From: a virus
Taxonomy: Duplodnaviria > Caudoviricetes
Direction: 5' to 3' (one strand)
Virus record (IMG/VR): IMGVR_UViG_3300043772_002642
Span: 1 to 61,629 of that record
Length of the DNA stretch: 61,629 bases
Part shown: positions 54,340 through 61,629 of the stretch, piece after piece
How the letters are laid out: each line of letters starts with the position of its first letter
How positions within the stretch are numbered: position 1 is the first letter of the stretch
The notes under the pieces: generated by a model
Told to the model about the DNA's origin: nothing
Database searches by the model: none
The model's input: only the letters and a program-made list of their open reading frames with translations
Made by a program: the position numbers and the translations under genes

Positions 54340-55323
54340 ATGAAAATTAAAAAAATTATATCAGAACAAATATTATTAGAAAGTCGTGTTGATGATGCAA
54401 AATCTTTTGTTGTTAAAGACTTCCAAGATTTGTTAATACCACAATCTTACAAAGAAGGTAAAAGAATACCTAAATGGCTTCAAGAGTTGATTGACCGTGA
54501 CCCATCAGGAAATCAAAAGTATTTAATGTGGATGTTAAAAGAAATTAAAAAAACAACAGGTAAGTTTCACCCATTTACTGTTGCAAGTATGTTACTTGAA
54601 AATTTAATTACAGGGGTAACTAATTTCCATGAATTACAAAATAAACTAACCAAAGAAAACATTGATAAAGTTATCATTTGGAAAGCTGTTGCAAACCCAA
54701 CAGAATTTTCAATATCTTACGGAGCACCATCACCTTATTTTAAATTTAGATACCCAATTGATTACTTGGAAAAAATATTAAAAAACCCAAAAGATATTAA
54801 TTCTTATGAGGACCACTATCTATTGTTTGAAATTACAAATGCGATAAAACAATTACCATCTAAAACTGATATTAAAAAAGAAGGTCTTAAATTAATGGAT
54901 AATGATTATTGGTTGGTTATTGTACCATTAACGCACAGAGCATCTTGTGCTTACGGTAGTGGGACTCGTTGGTGTACGACCGCAAAGGAAGATGTTCAAT
55001 TTAATAGGTACCAATCTAAATCCAGTTCTTTATTTTATTTTATACCTAAAACAAACCCTGTTAAAGATGTTTCTGATTACTTTTTAGATTATTTAGATGA
55101 AGAACATGACATGAGTAAAATAGCTCTTCACATGAATGTTGATGGTGATATGATATTTTACGATGCTACAGATAATGAGGTCGACCAGCTTTTTTCAACT
55201 CTTCTCTTTTCGCAGCGTAATATATCCAATATGGTAAAAGAAGTTTTTGGGTTAGAATCTGCTCAAGCCTTTTGGTCTGGGGTTCTTAGAGCTGAAGATT
55301 ATCATAAAGAAAAAGTTAAATAA
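54340..55323 (+). CDS. DPSGNNKYL / SCxYG..WC paralog family protein 5
   Basis: MKIKKIISEQILLE-SR; DPSGNQKYLMWM; KDINSY; PLTHRASCAYGSGTRWC. Confidence 0.85.
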   Translation: MKIKKIISEQILLESRVDDAKSFVVKDFQDLLIPQSYKEGKRIPKWLQELIDRDPSGNQKYLMWMLKEIKKTTGKFHPFTVASMLLENLITGVTNFHELQNKLTKENIDKVIIWKAVANPTEFSISYGAPSPYFKFRYPIDYLEKILKNPKDINSYEDHYLLFEITNAIKQLPSKTDIKKEGLKLMDNDYWLVIVPLTHRASCAYGSGTRWCTTAKEDVQFNRYQSKSSSLFYFIPKTNPVKDVSDYFLDYLDEEHDMSKIALHMNVDGDMIFYDATDNEVDQLFSTLLFSQRNISNMVKEVFGLESAQAFWSGVLRAEDYHKEKVK

Positions 55324-55324
55324 A

Positions 55325-55567
55325 TCATAGGGTATCATTCTTAACCTTCTCAACCCATTTGATTTTTTCTATGGTAATAGTGTCATAAATTTTTATAACT
55401 TTTTTAACAGATATGGTATCGTAAATTTTTACATGATCCTCAACTTTAGTGTTTGTATTATTTTTTTCTAAAATAATTGGTAGTATGATTAGGATAATCA
55501 AAAGAAAAAGAGGTAAACCAACAATTACAAGTCCTGTATATAGTAGATTATTAAATTGATTCTTCAT
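55325..55567 (-). CDS. Small membrane protein
   Basis: One TM followed by two KIYDTI repeats. Confidence 0.65.
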   Translation of the reverse strand: MKNQFNNLLYTGLVIVGLPLFLLIILIILPIILEKNNTNTKVEDHVKIYDTISVKKVIKIYDTITIEKIKWVEKVKNDTL

Positions 55568-55979
55568 TTATTAAACTTTTATAAATGTTAGACAATGAAT
55601 GTTTTACGTTTGATTTAATTTCTTTTTCCATAGCAGACCTCCTAGATTCAACTTCATTATCAAAAATATGGATTAACCTTTCACAAGCCTTAGGGTGTAA
55701 ATCTATTGTATAACTATATTGATGGTTGACTATGGTTAAAGTTCTATTCGGTTCAAAAATAATGAATATTCTTTTTTGGTCATTTTTTATATAACGTTTT
55801 TTAGAAATAGGTGAGATTAAAAGTTTTGAGTCTTCCCTTGAAATTAAATTTTTACAAATAGAAAGACCTTCATTTTCAAAATCACCGTGTTCAAATTGTT
55901 CGTCCAAAGAAAAAAGTTTAAAATATTTTATAGCAATTTTTTGAATTTTTCTTTTAAATCTATGTTTTAAATTATTCAT
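55551..55979 (-). CDS. Hypothetical protein
   Basis: Likely start MNNLKH at 55979. Confidence 0.7.
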   Translation of the reverse strand: MNNLKHRFKRKIQKIAIKYFKLFSLDEQFEHGDFENEGLSICKNLISREDSKLLISPISKKRYIKNDQKRIFIIFEPNRTLTIVNHQYSYTIDLHPKACERLIHIFDNEVESRRSAMEKEIKSNVKHSLSNIYKSLINEESI

Positions 55980-55989
55980 CTTTAATTTT

Positions 55990-56196
55990 TTATATTTTAA
56001 TGTCACTAATATCAACACCACCTAATTCATAGAACTTTTTTTCTATGTGACTTTTAAAAGTACTAGAGTAAACCCCGTCATCTAAGTATTTATTAGACCA
56101 AAATGTCAACATTTTTGACGCACCTTTTAATTGTTCAATAGTTTTACAACTATTAATGACTTTTAAAACTTTTTTGTAATCATCCCAAATCTTCAT
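55990..56196 (-). CDS. Hypothetical protein
   Basis: KVINSCKTIEQL; TATATTTG upstream. Confidence 0.65.
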   Translation of the reverse strand: MKIWDDYKKVLKVINSCKTIEQLKGASKMLTFWSNKYLDDGVYSSTFKSHIEKKFYELGGVDISDIKI

Positions 56197-56232
56197 AATA
56201 ATACTTTTACTTTACAAATATAATCAATTTAA

Positions 56233-57531
56233 TTAAATATTTCTACCATTTTCATAGATATGTTTTAAAACAGGGAATCTAAGACTAAACCCGCCTTCTT
56301 GGTTTTGAGTTTCCTCAAAATATTGGATGTTTACAGTTTTACCAACAATTTTAGAAGCGTCTTTATAAAATTCCTGACGTTGTTCAATTGTAAATCCACT
56401 ACCAACACCAACTTCAAAACCTTTATGTTCAATCACAATTTGTGATGTCATAGTTTCTGTCACTTCCTTTCCATTAACAATAATACGGATTGGACCATAA
56501 GTAATCCCTTTTACAACATATTCTGCGTCATGGAATTTCTTAGCCTTCAAAAGGTCTTTACTACGTTTACCTTTATACCCAACATTCTTACGTACCATCA
56601 CACCTTCCCACTTACCACTGTCCGCGGCATCCAACCAAGTTTGAAAATGATTTAAAGATTGAATCTTTTCTTGTGGTAAAACTTCAAAGGTACAATTTTC
56701 TTGTTCACACTTAATAATCTCACCCAAAACTTTAAGACGTTCTGAAAGTTTTTTAACACTTCTTTGGTTAGAAAATTCTTCCATAGTCAAACAGTCAAAC
56801 ATTTTGTATTTAACATTTTCAATAGTGTGGTTTTTTCTACGGATTTCTTTCATGATGGATTGAAAATCTTCGTCACCATTTTTATCAACCATACAAATCT
56901 CACCATCGAATACAATATTACGGAGTCCAAGGTTACTAACTGCCTGTTCTACTTTGCCCAAGGTATCAAAAATTTTGCCCTGACGAGAGTAAGAAGTTAC
57001 CTGACCGTTTCCCCCAACAACAACAATACAACGTACACCATCAAGTTTACGAGATACATACCATTCTTCAGTTTCAAAGTTAACCATCTCAGGTTCAAAC
57101 TTTTCTGCTAATGCGACATCAAAGGTTGGGACAGTCCCTGGAACCGCCTTATTAATCAAAGATTCACCAACACGGCATTTCAAATCTTTGTCGATTATGT
57201 TGAATATGAGTTCTTTATGTTCAAGGTTCGATTGTACAAATGAGTTTACAAGACCGATAGCGTTATGACCCGTAACTTCACGATTACGTAGTTCATCTAA
57301 CAATTCAAAAATAGTATATTCTTTTTCAGTTAAAGCAAGAAGTGAATTTAATTTTTTACAATTATCAGAAGTTACATGAAACTGATAGAATGGATTTGTG
57401 ACATACATCACAAGTTTTTTCAAATCAGAATCTTGGAGATACTCTCTTAAAAGTTCTACTTTTTTATTTGAAGAAGAGTCGGCTTGTAATTTAGTAACTA
57501 ATTCTTGGAGACGTGATAGAATATTTTTCAT
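56233..57531 (-). CDS. ATP-dependent DNA ligase
   Basis: KLDGVRC (motif I), FDGEI, FDCL, WEGVMVR, KRSKDLLKAK, VGSGF, SLRFPV. Confidence 0.93.
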   Translation of the reverse strand: MKNILSRLQELVTKLQADSSSNKKVELLREYLQDSDLKKLVMYVTNPFYQFHVTSDNCKKLNSLLALTEKEYTIFELLDELRNREVTGHNAIGLVNSFVQSNLEHKELIFNIIDKDLKCRVGESLINKAVPGTVPTFDVALAEKFEPEMVNFETEEWYVSRKLDGVRCIVVVGGNGQVTSYSRQGKIFDTLGKVEQAVSNLGLRNIVFDGEICMVDKNGDEDFQSIMKEIRRKNHTIENVKYKMFDCLTMEEFSNQRSVKKLSERLKVLGEIIKCEQENCTFEVLPQEKIQSLNHFQTWLDAADSGKWEGVMVRKNVGYKGKRSKDLLKAKKFHDAEYVVKGITYGPIRIIVNGKEVTETMTSQIVIEHKGFEVGVGSGFTIEQRQEFYKDASKIVGKTVNIQYFEETQNQEGGFSLRFPVLKHIYENGRNI

Positions 57532-57578
57532 TTCACAAAGATACGATTATTAATTTAAAATACAAATTTAATAAAATA

Positions 57579-57603
57579 AAAAAAGGACCTCTAAGGTCCT
57601 TTT
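57579..57603 (-). terminator. Intrinsic terminator
   Basis: AAAAGGACCT-CTA-AGGTCCTTTT. Confidence 0.75.
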
Positions 57604-57623
57604 CTCAATTCAGTGTCCTACTT

Positions 57624-57806
57624 TTATTTTGTAGCTGTAGATACTGCTGTTGAATCAGTAACAACTACTGATTCTGTAACAACAACTGCAGTTGTGTCAA
57701 CTGCGGCTACAGCTGTACTATCAGTTTTAGGGGCTTCAGCTTCCGATGAAGATCCACAAGCGGTCATAAGACCAATAACACTTAGAGCTAAGATAACTTT
57801 TTTCAT
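57624..57806 (-). CDS. Small lipoprotein
   Basis: MKKVILALSVIGLMTA-C lipobox followed by an A/T/V/D/S-rich tail. Confidence 0.75.
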   Translation of the reverse strand: MKKVILALSVIGLMTACGSSSEAEAPKTDSTAVAAVDTTAVVVTESVVVTDSTAVSTATK

Positions 57807-57874
57807 TTTGTTTTTTGTTTTTTTCTTGTTTATGTGATTAATTATAATGAATTTCTTTCTAATTGTAAATATGC

Positions 57875-58771
57875 TTAGACCAATAAAAGACCAAATTTTT
57901 TACGATATTCTAATACAGAAAGTTCTTTTGCTTTTGATTCAAACATCATATCTAAATCGTAACCATACGTATTAACTTCATTAACAACATAGTCATGATG
58001 AGCACGAAAGTTTTGTTCATCACGAGGTTCAGATATATGGACTGTTGGTGTTATGTCGGAAGGCCAAGTTGCCACGGCAAGTTTTAAGGCATCTTCCGTA
58101 CTCATACCGTCATTGTGACAGTTATGGTGATGATAATCAAATACAATAGGTATTTTAGTGTGTTCATGAATGTATAATAAATCCTTTACCGTAAACATAT
58201 TTGGTTTATCGTCATTCTCAACAGTCAAACGTTTTTTTGTATTTTCACCAAGTAATTGGAAGTTATCAACCCAACGTTTCATCGCATCTTGTTTATTACC
58301 ATAAGCACCACCAACGTGGATGTTAATTTTAGAAAAAGGTGAAACAGGTAAACCTATCATATCCATAATTTCTGAATGTTTGTCTAATTCTGAAATTGTT
58401 TTTTTAACAACACTCTCACTAGGTGAGGCTAAAACATTAAAGGGACCTGGGTGAAAACTTAAACGATGATTATATTGCCTGACAAGGTTACCTAAACCAC
58501 TTAATAAATTTTTAATTTTACCAATATCAGGTAAGTCATCAAAATTATATTCACTAGACCAAGGAAACATGTCAGAACTCATACGATAAAGATTAATACC
58601 GTTTTTTTCATTCCACTTAATAACCTCAATAAGGTCACGAACATTTTGTAAAGAAAGTTCTGAAACATAATTAAGACCTTTAGAATCAAAGGTTTTACGA
58701 ATCATACCACGATTAGTCGTGATATTCTTCTCACCCAAGGTCATATTGATACAAGCATATCCAATTCGCAT
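57875..58771 (-). CDS. uvsE: UV damage endonuclease
   Basis: MRIGYACIN; YRMSSDMFP; RLSFHPGPFNVLAS; INIHVGG; LTVENDD; IVFDYHHH; VHISE; AHHD; ESKAKE. Confidence 0.92.
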   Translation of the reverse strand: MRIGYACINMTLGEKNITTNRGMIRKTFDSKGLNYVSELSLQNVRDLIEVIKWNEKNGINLYRMSSDMFPWSSEYNFDDLPDIGKIKNLLSGLGNLVRQYNHRLSFHPGPFNVLASPSESVVKKTISELDKHSEIMDMIGLPVSPFSKINIHVGGAYGNKQDAMKRWVDNFQLLGENTKKRLTVENDDKPNMFTVKDLLYIHEHTKIPIVFDYHHHNCHNDGMSTEDALKLAVATWPSDITPTVHISEPRDEQNFRAHHDYVVNEVNTYGYDLDMMFESKAKELSVLEYRKKFGLLLV

Positions 58772-58820
58772 ACACAAATATAGTTATTTATATTTTATTA
58801 AACAATCTTATATTATTGTT

Positions 58821-59003
58821 ATGAAAAATTATTTTGTTGATGCATATGTTAAAACTAAATCACCTGATTTTATTATGGCTTACGTAAAGATGATGGAAGA
58901 ATATGTACCATATCTTAAAAATGGTAAGTTAGAATACAAAGAAAAATCAATTAGTCCTGAACATAGGTTAAAACCACATATATTTATTAGTAATGGAAGA
59001 TAA
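58821..59003 (+). CDS. Hypothetical protein
   Basis: Likely start MKNYFV at 58821. Confidence 0.55.
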   Translation: MKNYFVDAYVKTKSPDFIMAYVKMMEEYVPYLKNGKLEYKEKSISPEHRLKPHIFISNGR

Positions 59004-59232
59004 AGCTAGTAAAGTGTTTATTATTTTGGATTCTATACTTGAGTCTAAAGCTAGATACATTGAGATTTCTAAAAACAATGAATCTATTTTTAAAGTTAAG
59101 TTAATTACTGAGGCGGAAGATATGGTTGAATTTTTAGACGGGTTTTTTGATAACGGTTTTACTGTTAAAGAAATTAGTAAAAAAGAATTTGACGATTTTG
59201 AAGGTATAGAAACTTTAAAATTTAATATCTAA
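58993..59232 (+). CDS. Hypothetical protein
   Basis: CATATTTAT upstream. Confidence 0.65.
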   Translation: MEDKASKVFIILDSILESKARYIEISKNNESIFKVKLITEAEDMVEFLDGFFDNGFTVKEISKKEFDDFEGIETLKFNI

Positions 59233-59263
59233 AGACATATTTATTATTAAACATAAAGGTAAA

Positions 59264-59677
59264 ATGAAAAAAAGAGTTAGAATTAACAATGATAAAGTTA
59301 AAAAACTTGTTAGTGAAAAACTAAAACAGGGTGGTACCTTTGTGCATGAATCTAAAATCGATAAAGCAATTAAACAATATTTAAGTGAACGTAAAGAAGG
59401 TTTAGATCCTGAAAACGCTCCTGAATATGAAGAAAAAAACTTTAGTGATAGAGCTAAAAAAAGTTTTAGTGATATGACTAAGGCTTTATATGATATTGTT
59501 GAGGACTTAATGATAATTCAAACAAAAGAACCAGATGTTTTAGTTGATATGTACCCTGAAGAAGTTTATTCAGAAGGTTATATAGAAGAGGTTGTTAACC
59601 AATTAGAACTTATCATAGAACATCTTGAATACTTGGAAGGTTTTAACCCAGAAGATTTTGAGGATTTTAAAAATTAA
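59264..59677 (+). CDS. Hypothetical protein with leader-like N terminus
   Basis: KVKKLVSE and KAIKQYLSE; CATATTTAT upstream. Confidence 0.7.
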   Translation: MKKRVRINNDKVKKLVSEKLKQGGTFVHESKIDKAIKQYLSERKEGLDPENAPEYEEKNFSDRAKKSFSDMTKALYDIVEDLMIIQTKEPDVLVDMYPEEVYSEGYIEEVVNQLELIIEHLEYLEGFNPEDFEDFKN

Positions 59678-59727
59678 TATTTAGTATCAATTATAAATTA
59701 TTTAGTTTTATCTAAACAATCAAATTT

Positions 59728-59973
59728 ATGATAGATGAATTATACGATTCCGTATTAAGTATTACAAATCAAACAGGTTATATAGATAAAATAGTGGAAA
59801 TTGAAGATAAAAAATCTCATTTACGCTGGTCTTCGAACAATCTATTCAAACACAATAACCATAAAATTTACAATCCAAATTACCCAATAAAAACTTTTTC
59901 ACACGATTACAATTTTAGACTACCTTTTTCTTTTATAATAAAAGAAGATGGTACCATTGATAATGTTGATTGA
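59728..59973 (+). CDS. Hypothetical protein
   Basis: 81 aa ORF. Confidence 0.6.
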   Translation: MIDELYDSVLSITNQTGYIDKIVEIEDKKSHLRWSSNNLFKHNNHKIYNPNYPIKTFSHDYNFRLPFSFIIKEDGTIDNVD

Positions 59974-59985
59974 TATTTATATTTG

Positions 59986-61209
59986 ATGGCAATTAAAGGA
60001 CATAAAGAAAGAGCGTTATTACGTAGAGGTTATCAAGTTCAAGAGGCTTTACAACGTAGACCTTTATTGAATGAAAATTCTTTTTTACGTAGAAATCTAA
60101 TTTTAGAATATGAAGATATAGACGAAGGTTTAAACCTATACCAACTTTGTGATAAAGAACGTAAATCAGGAAACCAAAACGGTATTTATTGTAAATTAGT
60201 GGATATTTTAGAAGATATTTCAAGTACCTCACCAATTTTAGCGAAAAAAACTTTTAAATCAATTTTAAAAATATATAAATTTTTTAGACCTAAAGAGTTA
60301 GATAATAGGGTTGTTTTTGGAAAAACTATAGAAGCAGTATTAAAAAATGAAAACCCCGGTAATTCGTTAAGGTTAATAGCTAAATTTTTATCTGACCCTT
60401 ATTTTAAAGAAGATGATGTTAAAAAGGCTTTAATAAAATTTAGAAACCAAGAATCGGTTGCACAAGACGAGTTAGAAGAATTTTTGAAAAAAGCTAGGTT
60501 TAAAGAATATTCTAAATATGAAGAATCTTTCTCTGGAGAAAACTTTAAACTTTTAAGAGGTATTAGTAAATTGTCACACGGTCAAATAGACCCTGAAACT
60601 GGTAAATCTAAATCTTTTTTTAAATTAATATTAGCTGTATATAAGGGTTCAATAGATTTAGAAAATTTTATAAATTCAGTAGCCGATGCGGTTTTAAAAA
60701 CTGATGTAAAAGATTTGTTATATAAATCAGATTTAAATGTTTTAAAAGACTTAAAAGTAGGTGAAGACGTTATAATCCCAGCTGGTTCAAGTATTGAGGT
60801 TAAAAAATTTGATTACGAAATAGATAGTTATTTTTCAGAATATTTTTCAATATACAAAAGTAGTGACCTACCTGAAGAAGCCTACCAAGAAGATTTTAAA
60901 AATTTATATAACCAAATAATAAATGGTATTTTTAAAATAGTAGAAAAAAAAGGTCAGTTCATGATTAACAAAATATCTGATAATGTTGATGGTATCATGT
61001 TTGATAAAAATATTATTATTTTAAAAAAAGATATTGAATTTTATTGGAGTAATAAAGGTCAAAGAGGTTGTGATGAACTTAGGTTGAGTATTAGATTTAG
61101 GGTTATGAATCCTGAAATTACAGGTTATATTTATGATTCAAAAACACATAGTAATCAATTAACACCACAAGAAATTAGTTTAAATCCTAAAACAAAAGTT
61201 TTCTGTTAA
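59986..61209 (+). CDS. Hypothetical protein
   Basis: N-terminal PLLNE and LILE; GATATTTAT upstream. Confidence 0.75.
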   Translation: MAIKGHKERALLRRGYQVQEALQRRPLLNENSFLRRNLILEYEDIDEGLNLYQLCDKERKSGNQNGIYCKLVDILEDISSTSPILAKKTFKSILKIYKFFRPKELDNRVVFGKTIEAVLKNENPGNSLRLIAKFLSDPYFKEDDVKKALIKFRNQESVAQDELEEFLKKARFKEYSKYEESFSGENFKLLRGISKLSHGQIDPETGKSKSFFKLILAVYKGSIDLENFINSVADAVLKTDVKDLLYKSDLNVLKDLKVGEDVIIPAGSSIEVKKFDYEIDSYFSEYFSIYKSSDLPEEAYQEDFKNLYNQIINGIFKIVEKKGQFMINKISDNVDGIMFDKNIIILKKDIEFYWSNKGQRGCDELRLSIRFRVMNPEITGYIYDSKTHSNQLTPQEISLNPKTKVFC

Positions 61210-61629
61210 TAATTTTTAACAACACTTTTTCCTGTTATAGCATTGTAATTGATTAAAATTCTACACAAATCTACAGGTATTATCACCCTATCTGATTCAA
61301 AGATAAATCTTTTGGGTACATTTTCAAAAATAGCGACATGGTATTCCTGACCACTCTGTTTTCCAAAAATTAATAAATCGGTGTTATAATCCCTTCTTAA
61401 CGAATCGGTAGATACATACCAATATTTTTTACCTTTCGATAGATTCCCAAATGTTTTAACTTGTGCGGTTGAAGATTTTTTAGGGAATCCATTATAATTT
61501 GAATCTATAGTCATATCAACACCAGCAAAGTCTAAACTACCACCAGCTTCGGAAACCATAGTAACTTTAGTTTCAGGTAATGATTCTAAAACAATTTTAA
61601 CAAAATTTTCCCTTTTAACCCCACTACGT
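61206..61629 (-). CDS. Partial PD-(D/E)xK-like nuclease (5' end outside window)
   Basis: Frame stays open to the window end (RSGVKRENFV..); D-FAGVD..TAQVK motif. Confidence 0.5.
   Translation of the reverse strand, partial: RSGVKRENFVKIVLESLPETKVTMVSEAGGSLDFAGVDMTIDSNYNGFPKKSSTAQVKTFGNLSKGKKYWYVSTDSLRRDYNTDLLIFGKQSGQEYHVAIFENVPKRFIFESDRVIIPVDLCRILINYNAITGKSVVKNY

Noticed and set aside
176-60235. Many 60-120 aa ORFs antisense to or nested in longer genes (e.g. 176-382, 4562-4786, 7539-7844, 11770-12063, 37441-37806, 56764-57111, 57613-57837, 59993-60235)
   Set aside because: Shadow frames of well-supported genes, mostly with I/F/L/S-rich antisense-type composition.
1-61629. CRISPR array
   Set aside because: No run of identical 25-45 bp repeats with unique spacers was seen. 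The tRNA-mimic arms and leader-coding repeats have irregular, gene-scale spacing, and no cas genes are present.
1-61629. Stop-codon reassignment (as in some huge phages)
   Set aside because: Recognisable proteins are full length in the standard code and end at TAG (GH19 lysin, ferritin) or TGA (IF-3, kinase), with high coding density.

Overview
AT-rich, densely coding 61.6 kb segment, most likely from a jumbo/huge phage of a Bacteroidota host. This is inference: there are no capsid, terminase or polymerase genes in the window, but most genes are small orphans and many follow the Bacteroidota TAnnTTTG promoter element. Recognisable genes are IF-3, two histidine kinases with a receiver protein, an M15 peptidase and a GH19 lysin, an AsnRS-like catalytic-domain protein, an Rnl1-type RNA ligase with a P-loop kinase, ferritin, an HNH endonuclease, an SPFH protein, a HAD phosphatase, ATP-dependent DNA ligase and UvsE. 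The standard genetic code fits. Main unexplained structures: (1) About 25 unrelated proteins share an N-terminal MKNLIRKILKE-type tag and mostly follow a second promoter motif (NATATTTAT). Several are bead-on-a-string polyproteins joined by T-x-D-I-F-N-x-L-N-E/S linkers, resembling T4 capsid-targeting sequences and prohead-protease sites; this is a candidate virion-cargo and polyprotein system. (2) Two apparently homologous large structured ncRNAs (about 3.47-3.97 kb + and 40.1-40.45 kb -), one carrying two degenerate tRNA-Gly-like units. (3) Three tRNA mimics with no anticodon arm at 45.7-46.4 kb. (4) An Asn-rich leader peptide overlapping a terminator upstream of the AsnRS-like gene. (5) A four-gene two-component operon beside the lysis genes. 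(6) A GC-rich hairpin element near 42.1 kb where codon third-position bias appears to flip. All motifs and pairings were read by eye; no searches or folding programs were run.
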